From contig CAYRID010000001.1 of the NCBI GenBank assembly GCA_964424225.1, positions 7,369 through 71,368 on the forward strand: DNA of 64,000 nucleotides, in the 5' to 3' direction. The first letter of the stretch is position 1. Each line of letters begins with the position of its first letter. This document shows positions 18,657 to 26,770 of this stretch, piece after piece. Below the pieces are notes generated by a model. It had not been told where the DNA came from, did not search any database, and saw only the letters and a program-made list of their open reading frames with translations. A program made the translations under genes and the position numbers. The stretch is from an uncultured Geobacter sp. GTDB lineage: Bacteria > Myxococcota_A > UBA9160 > JADFDR01.

Positions 18657-19450
18657 GCACCCACCTTGGGAGTCGTCGCATGCACTTCCGAAACACGATC
18701 GTGTAGGGTGGCTCGCACGAAAATTTCCTCAAGACTCTGCCCGCTCCGCACCAACTCGGCGATCGGCGCATCGAGCACCTTTTTGCCTTCGTGGATCAAA
18801 ATCACACGCTGACAAATCGCTTCGACCTCGGGCAAAATATGCGTCGAAAGAATGACGGTCTTTTGCTTTCCTTCCTGCGTACTGTGTGCGAGCTTTGCAA
18901 TCAGTTCGCGAATCTCGCGAATCTGAATCGGATCAAGTCCCACCGTCGGCTCATCAAGAATCAACACTTCAGGATCGTGCACGATCGCCTGTGCGATACC
19001 GACACGTTGTCGAAATCCCTTCGAAAGCGCCGCAATCACGCGCCGACGCACACTCACAAGACCGCAGCGCTCCATCGCACGTTCGACCGCTTCGCGAACG
19101 CATTTTCGTGGCACATCCTTCAAGCGTGCTACGAACGTCAAATAACCTTGCACATTCATTTCGGGATAAAGAGGCGGCGTCTCGGGCAAATAGCCAATTG
19201 CGCGACGTGCAGCGATGGCATCGCGAAAAAGATCATGACCCGCAATGCGCACCGCGCCGTCCGTCGGAGGAATGAAACCCGTGAGCATGCGCATCGTCGT
19301 CGTTTTTCCGGCGCCATTCACTCCAAGAAATCCGACCACTTCGCCTTGCTCGATTGCAAACGAAACATCATCGACGGCATTCATCTCGCCGTAGCGCTTC
19401 GTCAAACGACTGGCCTCAATCATCGAAAGTTTCGGTGCCGGAGAATTCAT
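18653..19450 (-). CDS. ABC transporter ATP-binding protein (GldA-like)
   Basis: Walker A GVNGAGKTT, signature LSKGFRQRV, Walker B LILDEPT. Confidence 0.9.
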   Translation of the reverse strand: MNSPAPKLSMIEASRLTKRYGEMNAVDDVSFAIEQGEVVGFLGVNGAGKTTTMRMLTGFIPPTDGAVRIAGHDLFRDAIAARRAIGYLPETPPLYPEMNVQGYLTFVARLKDVPRKCVREAVERAMERCGLVSVRRRVIAALSKGFRQRVGIAQAIVHDPEVLILDEPTVGLDPIQIREIRELIAKLAHSTQEGKQKTVILSTHILPEVEAICQRVILIHEGKKVLDAPIAELVRSGQSLEEIFVRATLHDRVSEVHATTPKVGA

Positions 19451-19531
19451 GGCCCGCAGTATAAGAACGACGCTAAAAATCCGTCAACACAAGATCGCGA
19501 ACACCCCATGTAGAGCAAAGCAAGACGATTC

Positions 19532-19545
19532 TTGCGCTAGCGCAA
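19532..19545. promoter_or_regulatory. Perfect 14-bp palindrome TTGCGCTAGCGCAA in a divergent promoter region
   Basis: Read directly. It lies 29 nt upstream of the ATG at 19574 and has the same TTGCNCTAGNGCAA architecture as 2532-2560. Confidence 0.35.
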
Positions 19546-19573
19546 AACGTCGCAGGCAGGATACTCTGCAGAC

Positions 19574-19876
19574 ATGAAACGTATTCCGTTTTTTCTCGCA
19601 ACCATCCTGCTTGCATTGTCATTCTGGGCTGAGCAAACCTGCGCCAACGAAGTAACCCTTTACCCCGAAGCAGATCGTCTTGTGCGTGAATCCGGATTTT
19701 TTGCGCAGTGCATTGAACCCCACGCTGCGCTCTTCACACAACTCGCAAGTTTCACGCTAGCACTACTCGGAATCTTCTGGTTTGCACGACGTCAGCGTTT
19801 ACGCGCCACACACACGGCAGAACATTGCGCTTCGAAGGCAGCGGATTTCGATTCGAAGTCTCAGCAAGGAGAATGA
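19574..19876 (+). CDS. Small hypothetical secreted/membrane protein
   Basis: 100 aa. Signal peptide MKRIPFFLATILLALSFWAEQTCA, a C-proximal TM FTLALLGIFWF followed by ARRQR. Its stop overlaps the ATG of the downstream kinase-like gene (ATGA). Confidence 0.5.
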   Translation: MKRIPFFLATILLALSFWAEQTCANEVTLYPEADRLVRESGFFAQCIEPHAALFTQLASFTLALLGIFWFARRQRLRATHTAEHCASKAADFDSKSQQGE

Positions 19877-21480
19877 GCTTGCGCTCGGTCCGTTGGTCCT
19901 GCACGGAAAATTTTGCAACTGCCATCGTTGAAGGTTGGCTACGCGGCGCATATCACGCAACCGTGCTCCACGACAATCCGCGCCGACGTATCGTACGCCT
20001 GGATGATGAAACCGGACACACGCTACTCGTGAAACAATTTCGTTGTCGCTCCGGAAAGCATCCTTTGCGCGATCGTTTAAAGAACTGGATTGGCCACGCT
20101 GCGGCAAGGCGCGAATGGAAAATTTTGCAGCGCTTGCAAGGTGAGAAAATTTCTGCCCCCAAGCCACTCGCATTCGGCACGCTACCCAGTGGGGATCAAA
20201 TTTTAGTTACTGAATTTTGTGTCGGGACCAATCTTGCAGATACGCCCTGGAAAAGCGCAAAACAACGCCGCGACACTTTGCAGCAACTTGGTGCTCTCGT
20301 CGCACATTTGCATCGTCATGGTTTTGCGCACGGCGACTTACACCACGGCAACATCCTCATCAGCACACACGGTCCAATTTTGCTCGATTGGCAACATGCA
20401 CGCATAACACAGAGCAAGTGCTTGCAACGACGCGATCTCGCTTTTCTCGACTATTCGCTCAGCAAAATTATTTCAACACCAGATCGGCTACGTGTTCGCG
20501 CTGCAGCACTCGAAATGAATCGACCTTTCTGTGTGTATAGTAAGCAACGCCTGCGTGAAGTTGGTGGCAACATGGAGTTACGCGCTGAAGAACATGCGCG
20601 AAGTCGTACGCGCCGTGCGCAAAAGTCTGGGCGTCGCTTCGCCAAGTTTCGGCTTGAATGCGAATCCGGAATGCACCTGCGCGAGTTTGCAGCGGAGAGC
20701 GTGGCCCGCGCCATTGCTGCGCATCGCAACGCGCTCGCCAATGGGGGAAATGTGCTCAAAAACGACGGTCGCTCAAAAATCACCGCAATCGAATGCGACG
20801 GACGGCGACTCATCGTCAAAGAAATTTTGCCGCGAAGCCTCGGTCGCATCTTGGCCGATCGCTTTCGCGGATCAGCGGGTTTTCGCGCCTGGGTTGCAGG
20901 CCACGGCTTGCAAGCGCGCGGCATTGGCGCTGCACTACCGCTCGCATACTGCGAGCGACACCAATTTGGGTTGGTCACAAGATCGCTTGTCATCCTCGAA
21001 GATCTTGCACCGGCTCAACCCGCCGACACGCTTGGCGACACCTCACCGCTCTCCACCCTAAAGGCACTTACAAAAATGGCCATTACCCTACACCGAAAAG
21101 GCGTCGATCACGGCGACCTCAAAGCAAGCCATGTCTATATCGCGCAAGCCATAGAGACGGAAACAACGCAAAGCACAACCTTCTTGCTGGATCTTGAAGG
21201 CGTAAAATTTCGCGGGCGACTTTCGGATCGCAGGCGAATGCAAGCACTCATCGAACTCAACGCCTCACTTGGCGACGCGTTTCCGAATGCCGCCCGTCGA
21301 GCCGCCTTTGAATGCTATTGGCGCGCTTTGCCTTTTGCGCAGAACAAAACAGAAGTATTGCGCGCCATCGTTGCGCAAAGCCTAAAGCGCAGACACCGCT
21401 GGAGCGGTACGGGTTGTCCCTGCGCCGAGGCTATGGGCGCGAAACCTGAATCCACTGGTAGTACGCCGACGAACGACTAA
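19873..21480 (+). CDS. Protein with two tandem lipopolysaccharide-kinase (Kdo/WaaP/RIO-like) domains
   Basis: Two kinase-like catalytic loops, HGFAHGDLHHGNILI and KGVDHGDLKASHVYI, each preceded by a VK-type lysine strand (LLVKQF, LIVKEI). AAGGAG lies upstream of the ATG at 19873. Confidence 0.7.
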   Translation: MSLRSVRWSCTENFATAIVEGWLRGAYHATVLHDNPRRRIVRLDDETGHTLLVKQFRCRSGKHPLRDRLKNWIGHAAARREWKILQRLQGEKISAPKPLAFGTLPSGDQILVTEFCVGTNLADTPWKSAKQRRDTLQQLGALVAHLHRHGFAHGDLHHGNILISTHGPILLDWQHARITQSKCLQRRDLAFLDYSLSKIISTPDRLRVRAAALEMNRPFCVYSKQRLREVGGNMELRAEEHARSRTRRAQKSGRRFAKFRLECESGMHLREFAAESVARAIAAHRNALANGGNVLKNDGRSKITAIECDGRRLIVKEILPRSLGRILADRFRGSAGFRAWVAGHGLQARGIGAALPLAYCERHQFGLVTRSLVILEDLAPAQPADTLGDTSPLSTLKALTKMAITLHRKGVDHGDLKASHVYIAQAIETETTQSTTFLLDLEGVKFRGRLSDRRRMQALIELNASLGDAFPNAARRAAFECYWRALPFAQNKTEVLRAIVAQSLKRRHRWSGTGCPCAEAMGAKPESTGSTPTND

Positions 21481-21739
21481 TCGAACCGCCACTACCCAGT
21501 TCGTAAAGAAGATCCTGTCCACCCGAAGAATTACCAAGAATTTCTTTGAACAATTCGATCTTATGCGAGGGATCGTCTCGATTTAGACCGTGAAACACAA
21601 TTTCTACACATGGATGTGTTTCAAGAACATTCAAGACGAGCGTGCTCAGCTTAAAAAGTTTTCCGATCCCCTCTTCGGCCTCAACGGAGAAGCGAGGCTT
21701 CACGATTTTGGACAAATCAAATTTGTATTCGAGCCGCAT
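21431..21739 (-). CDS. Hypothetical protein (orphan, low-GC)
   Basis: 102 aa from the ATG at 21739, with GGAGAG upstream. GC and codon usage are visibly lower than in neighbouring genes. I recognise no family. The 3' end overlaps the convergent kinase gene by 50 nt. Confidence 0.45.
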   Translation of the reverse strand: MRLEYKFDLSKIVKPRFSVEAEEGIGKLFKLSTLVLNVLETHPCVEIVFHGLNRDDPSHKIELFKEILGNSSGGQDLLYELGSGGSISRSSAYYQWIQVSRP

Positions 21740-21762
21740 TGCACGCTCTCCTTCACTCGACC

Positions 21763-21777
21763 CAAGGCGGCGCCTTG
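21763..21777. promoter_or_regulatory. 7-1-7 perfect palindrome CAAGGCG-G-CGCCTTG upstream of the orphan ORF
   Basis: Read directly. It lies 24-38 nt upstream of the ATG at 21739 on the minus strand. Confidence 0.3.
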
Positions 21778-21855
21778 CGCAGTTCTGCAACCTACTCGAT
21801 CAAGCGCGCAAGAAAACGCGCAATACGAATGAGGCCAAAGCGCTGCGCATTCGCT

Positions 21856-22554
21856 TTACTCTTTCTGTGTGGTTTGCACTCGCCGAATTTCCTCAATCAA
21901 TTCGTTGCGATCGAACACGCCTTTTTCGATCAGAAGCTGCGTGAGCGCGCGCAAAATCATTCGCGTCGATGCCTCCTCAGCTCCCGCTGCCGACGGTGCA
22001 GCCGATGCGCTCGGTGCCGCTGCAAAACGCGCCGGCTCTGCCGAAGGGCGCATCGCATCTTCAAGCCGAATCGCATCGCGTCGCCCCTCGTGCAAGAAGG
22101 CTCCCGGCCCGCCGCGATAATAGCGATCGATTGCGCTGCGAAGCTCATGCGGCCCCACGAGCACCGGACGCACCGTCATGCCCGTGCGAAAGGAAAGATC
22201 ATCGAGCAATTCGACGTTCGTCGGATCGTCCATCCCAACGAACAAGACTTTGCCTGTTTTCTCGGGTTTTACAAAAAGCGGCAAACAAATGTGTCGCTCC
22301 GCCACTTCGCTTGGCACGGTACTAATCACTTGGGGTTCGATACGCTTGCCTTCAAGATGCACGATCGGCAAATTCATCGCCCGCGACAAAACTTTGAGTA
22401 GGTCTTCCTCTTGGATGTAGCCAAGCTTCACGAGCGTGAGTCCAAGCTTATCGCCCCAGCGTTGTTGCTCCGCGAGTGCCGAGCGAAGCTGGAACTCGTC
22501 GATCAACCCGGAATTGACCAAAAGCTCACCCAAGCGAATTTTTTGCGCCGCCAA
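21856..22554 (-). CDS. MshEN (T2SSE_N)-domain protein, predicted c-di-GMP receptor
   Basis: The N-terminus has two copies of the 24-residue MshEN motif separated by a 5-residue spacer: RLGELLVNSGLIDEFQLRSALAEQ, then QRWGD, then KLGLTLVKLGYIQEEDLLKVLSRA. No ATPase domain follows. Confidence 0.8.
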   Translation of the reverse strand: MAAQKIRLGELLVNSGLIDEFQLRSALAEQQRWGDKLGLTLVKLGYIQEEDLLKVLSRAMNLPIVHLEGKRIEPQVISTVPSEVAERHICLPLFVKPEKTGKVLFVGMDDPTNVELLDDLSFRTGMTVRPVLVGPHELRSAIDRYYRGGPGAFLHEGRRDAIRLEDAMRPSAEPARFAAAPSASAAPSAAGAEEASTRMILRALTQLLIEKGVFDRNELIEEIRRVQTTQKE

Positions 22555-22730
22555 ACTTGATACCCCCAGAACTGCCCTATTTCTTCGGCCGTTTTCGCCA
22601 CTTACCTTAGCCGCTTGCGGGTCTTGAGCCGCGCAAGAAGTGCCCTATTTTGCGCGCAGATTTTATCACGCGAAAGCCGCTTCGCCGTAAAACTCTACGC
22701 GAGGCAAGGAAAGCACAGCCGTGCAAAGCA

Positions 22731-23738
22731 TCACGCAGGCTTATTCTGCGAATCTACCGCTTCTGCTTCGTTCAAAAAACAACGACTCATCCCATCGGCA
22801 AGCTGCACCGCAGGCGGAATCTCACGGCGGCAGCGATCTTCGGCCAATGGGCAACGCGTATGAAAGCGACAACCTTGCGGCGGATTTGCGGGCGAAGGCA
22901 GATCGCCCGCAACCACGGTCGTAACCAAGGAACGATCCGGATCAAGACTTGGAATCGCAGCCAGCAACGTTTTTGTGTAGGGATGCGACGGCGCCTCGAA
23001 AATGCGTTCAACGCTACCTTCTTCCAGTATCTCGCCGAGGTACATCACGGCCACGCGATCTGCGAGGTAGCGCACAACACCCAGATCATGCGTAATAAAA
23101 AGATAGGTGAGTCCAAGCGTCTCTTGCAATTCGCGAAGCAAATTCAAAATTTGCGCTTGGATCGAGACATCGAGCGCCGACACCGATTCATCGCAAACCA
23201 GGAAACGCGGCTCGACGGCGAGGGCGCGCGCAATACAAATTCGCTGACGCTGTCCACCCGAAAACTCGTGTGGGTAACGCCACATTTGGCGCGGATCAAG
23301 CTTGACCTTCTCCATGAGTTCAACAACGCGTTCTGTGCGCTCCTGTTCGCTGGCACCAATCGCAAAAGAGTGTAGGCCTTCGGCAATGATGTCTCGCACG
23401 AGCATTCGCGGATCCAGCGAAGCGAGCGGATCTTGAAAAATAATTTGCATCTTTTGCCGCAGCGCACGCATTTCTCGGCTCGAAAGCGCGAGCAAATCTT
23501 GACCCTCGAAAATGATTCGACCCGAATGCGCAGCTTCCAGGCGCAGTACGGTTCGCCCGACGGTAGTTTTGCCACAGCCCGATTCTCCCACCAACGCAAG
23601 TGTTTGGCCGCGTTCAATTTTGAAATCAACACCATCGACTGCACGCACATAGCCTACCGTGCGCCGGAGCAATCCCTTGCGAATTGCAAACCATGTACGA
23701 AGCCCGAAAACTTGCAGCAAAGCAGTGCTCTCACTCAT
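22731..23738 (-). CDS. Oligopeptide/dipeptide ABC transporter ATP-binding protein (OppF/DppF-like)
   Basis: Walker [10 protein letters not shown], signature FSGGQRQRI, Walker [12 protein letters not shown], and a C-terminal oligopeptide-type extension with Cys residues. Confidence 0.9.
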   Translation of the reverse strand: MSESTALLQVFGLRTWFAIRKGLLRRTVGYVRAVDGVDFKIERGQTLALVGESGCGKTTVGRTVLRLEAAHSGRIIFEGQDLLALSSREMRALRQKMQIIFQDPLASLDPRMLVRDIIAEGLHSFAIGASEQERTERVVELMEKVKLDPRQMWRYPHEFSGGQRQRICIARALAVEPRFLVCDESVSALDVSIQAQILNLLRELQETLGLTYLFITHDLGVVRYLADRVAVMYLGEILEEGSVERIFEAPSHPYTKTLLAAIPSLDPDRSLVTTVVAGDLPSPANPPQGCRFHTRCPLAEDRCRREIPPAVQLADGMSRCFLNEAEAVDSQNKPA

Positions 23739-24748
23739 CGCGAGTCTCCTGACTTACGTGCAAGAGATTCAAAACTTTGCGCAACAGCATGACACGCTAC
23801 AGTGTGGTTTCGTTCAATTTCGATGTGCTCGGGCATTGTTTGCGTGCACGGCTCAAACGCTTGTGCGCAGCGTGCTGCAAAGCGACAGCCGGCCGGCCAC
23901 TCGTTCGGCGACGGCACGACACCTGGAATTTCTTCGAGACGCATCCGATGCGCTGCGAGTGCGGGAATCGAACGCAACAATCCTTTGGTGTAGGGATGCT
24001 GTGCATTCGTCAAAAGCGCGCGCCGATCCGCCGCTTCAACGATCTTTCCGGCATACATCACCGCCACGCGATCTGCGAGTTGATTTACGACGCCAAGGTC
24101 GTGCGCAATCAAAAGAATCGCCGTACCCAACTCGCGCTGCAAATCACGCATCAGTGTAAGGATCTGCGCTTGCACCGTGACATCGAGTGCGGTCGTCGGC
24201 TCGTCGGCAATCAAAACCTGCGGCCGCATCGCCACCGCCATCGCAATCATTACGCGCTGCTTGAGTCCACCAGAAAGTTGGTGGGGATAAGCTTGAAAAC
24301 GCGCGTGCGGATCGGGAATCCCGACTTGCTCAAAGAGCGCTTCCGTACGCCGGCGTGCGGCCTCGGTGGTGATGCGCTCGTGCAAACGAATCGCCTCGAC
24401 AATTTGCACACCGACAGTTTGTACCGGATTTAAGCTCGTCATCGGTTCTTGGAAAATCATGGCGATCGCAGCACCGCGAAGCTTGCGCATCTCGGGTACA
24501 GAGCACGCGAGCAAGTCTTTGCCAGCCAGTCGAATTTGCGTACCGGCTTCGATACGGCCCGGCTTGGGCACGAGGCGCAATATGGAAAGCGCCGAAATCG
24601 ATTTGCCGCAGCCCGATTCTCCGACGAGCGCTAGCACTTCTCCGCTATGCAGCGTAAAAGAAATACCATCGACGACAGAAATTCGTCCGTGTCGTGACGG
24701 AAAGGTCGTCACAAGATTGTGTACTTCCAAGACGGGCTGTTGGCTCAT
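23735..24748 (-). CDS. Oligopeptide/dipeptide ABC transporter ATP-binding protein (OppD/DppD-like)
   Basis: Walker A GESGCGKS, signature LSGGLKQRV, Walker B LIADEPTTALD. 4-nt overlap with the downstream ATPase gene. Confidence 0.9.
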   Translation of the reverse strand: MSQQPVLEVHNLVTTFPSRHGRISVVDGISFTLHSGEVLALVGESGCGKSISALSILRLVPKPGRIEAGTQIRLAGKDLLACSVPEMRKLRGAAIAMIFQEPMTSLNPVQTVGVQIVEAIRLHERITTEAARRRTEALFEQVGIPDPHARFQAYPHQLSGGLKQRVMIAMAVAMRPQVLIADEPTTALDVTVQAQILTLMRDLQRELGTAILLIAHDLGVVNQLADRVAVMYAGKIVEAADRRALLTNAQHPYTKGLLRSIPALAAHRMRLEEIPGVVPSPNEWPAGCRFAARCAQAFEPCTQTMPEHIEIERNHTVACHAVAQSFESLARKSGDSR

Positions 24749-25782
24749 TCGCGTTCTCGCAAAGTGCGCGGATCCAAAATGTCGCGCACGCTATCGCCAA
24801 TCAAATTCACGGCGAGAATCAAACCCAAAAGCGCCGTCGAGGCAGCGAGCAAATTCCACCAAATCACCGGATCGCGCGAAAGTTCATCGCGCGCCTGATC
24901 GATCATCTGCCCCCAACTACCTTGCATTCCAATGCCGAGGTACGAAAGCACCGTCTCGGCCAGCACAAGACCACTGAAATAGAGTACGAACGTGATCACG
25001 ATCAAATGCGAAAGATTCGGCAAGATATGCCGCCAAATAATTCGAAAATTAGAAACACCGAGGGCGCGCGCGGCTTCGATGTAATCCAGCTCGCGAAGCT
25101 TGAGTGTTTCCGCACGCGACAAACGGCAAAATCCCACCCAGCTCGTCACGCCCAAAGCAACACAAATTTGGATCGGACCACGCCCCAGCACCAAAATCAA
25201 TGCAATCAAAAGCAAAAGATCAGGGATCGACGCCAGAACCGACATTACGAAGAAAACGGCATCGTCGATGCGCCCTCCAAAATAGCCCGCACTCACGCCA
25301 AAAAAGAGCGCAAGCGGAATAACAATCAACGTCGTAAGCCCACCGAGCAAGAGCGCAATGCGCGCACCTTTGATCGCAAGAAACAACACATCACGCCCAA
25401 GCACGTCTGTACCGAGCCAGTGTTGGCCAGGGTGCGCAAGCGGTGCGCCACCGTAGAACTCGACTGCCGCAAGCGGAGCCGAATAGCTTTTCTCAGCAAA
25501 CGTTTCGGGTGAAAAGATGCGATCGATAACACTTCTTGGTTTCGATGCTGCGACGACATCTACGCTGCTGCCGACGTGAGTATCCGGCGCACTCACCCAC
25601 GTGATTGAATCCAGCAAGCCAATCGCGAGGTATCCACCTACAAGGCAGATCGCGAATGGACGGCGCTTCCACAGAGCACGCGATGCTTCGCGCCAAAGTC
25701 GATCGCGCCGAATCGCAAAAGCGACTGCCATAGCCAGTGCAACCAGCGCAAAGACGATGCCGTTGACAACGACGTGAGACAT
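24745..25782 (-). CDS. Peptide ABC transporter permease (OppC/DppC-like)
   Basis: BPD_transp_1-type permease with EAA-like loop YIEAARALGVSNFRIIWRHILPN. Confidence 0.88.
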   Translation of the reverse strand: MSHVVVNGIVFALVALAMAVAFAIRRDRLWREASRALWKRRPFAICLVGGYLAIGLLDSITWVSAPDTHVGSSVDVVAASKPRSVIDRIFSPETFAEKSYSAPLAAVEFYGGAPLAHPGQHWLGTDVLGRDVLFLAIKGARIALLLGGLTTLIVIPLALFFGVSAGYFGGRIDDAVFFVMSVLASIPDLLLLIALILVLGRGPIQICVALGVTSWVGFCRLSRAETLKLRELDYIEAARALGVSNFRIIWRHILPNLSHLIVITFVLYFSGLVLAETVLSYLGIGMQGSWGQMIDQARDELSRDPVIWWNLLAASTALLGLILAVNLIGDSVRDILDPRTLRERE

Positions 25783-25783
25783 C

Positions 25784-26770
25784 TTATTCGAGCCTTACAC
25801 GCGGATCTGCGAGCGTATAACTAATATCCGTCGCAATCTGTGCCAAAATAAACAAAAGCGCACCGATAAACACCATTGTGCGTAATGTCGAAAAATCATT
25901 GCTATGAATTGCCTCAAAGACCATTGCGCCGAGACCCGGAATTCCAAAAAACGATTCCAACAAAAACGAACCCATGAACAAGAACGGAATCGTCATCACA
26001 ATGCTCGTCAAGATCGGCAGCATTGCGTTTCGCAGCACGTGCCGAAACATGATTTGCCCTTCGCCACAGCCTTTTGCACGCGCCGTGCGCACGTAGTCTC
26101 GACTCATCTCTTCGACGAAAACAGTGCGGTAAAAACGCACATCGCTTCCCAGCCGCGCGAGCAAACCCACAACGACGGGCAGCGCAAGGAAACGCCAAAT
26201 AAGTCGCGGGTCGGGATCGAAGCCCGAGATCGGAAACCAGCGCAGATATTTTCCCATGAGATATTGACCCGCGATGATGTAGAGGAGTGCGGCAACGCTC
26301 ATCGCGAGCACGCAAAGCACGAGTCCCATTCGATCAATATAAGTATCGCGAAAGAAGGCCACCAAGAGCGAGAGCGCGGTGCCGATCACAAGACCGATTG
26401 CAAACAAAGGCAGTGTGAGCGAAAGGCTTGGGCCCGCACCTTCGCGAATGCGTTGCACAATCGGCGAATCGTCGATATCGCTACGTCCAAAATCAAAGGT
26501 GAGCATTCGCGAATAATGATCAAACAAAAGTGTGTCGGTATATCGCTTGACTGACCAAGTCGTATAAGCATCGTTAACAAATAATGGACGATCATATCCG
26601 TGATTCTTGATCCATTGCGTATAAACTTGCGGCGGAGCCTTCTCGCCGACGGCCATACGCGCGATGTCTTCGGGCGTGGTGAGCGTGAAAAACAAAAGAA
26701 AGAGCAAGAAAAGCACGCCAAGCAGCGTAAGAAAACCATATCCGAGCCGCCGTAGCACATAGGCCAACAT
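25784..26770 (-). CDS. Peptide ABC transporter permease (OppB/DppB-like)
   Basis: N-terminal MLAYVLRRLGYGFLTLLGV and the loop DYVRTARAKGCGEGQIMFRHVLRNA. Confidence 0.88.
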   Translation of the reverse strand: MLAYVLRRLGYGFLTLLGVLFLLFLLFFTLTTPEDIARMAVGEKAPPQVYTQWIKNHGYDRPLFVNDAYTTWSVKRYTDTLLFDHYSRMLTFDFGRSDIDDSPIVQRIREGAGPSLSLTLPLFAIGLVIGTALSLLVAFFRDTYIDRMGLVLCVLAMSVAALLYIIAGQYLMGKYLRWFPISGFDPDPRLIWRFLALPVVVGLLARLGSDVRFYRTVFVEEMSRDYVRTARAKGCGEGQIMFRHVLRNAMLPILTSIVMTIPFLFMGSFLLESFFGIPGLGAMVFEAIHSNDFSTLRTMVFIGALLFILAQIATDISYTLADPRVRLE

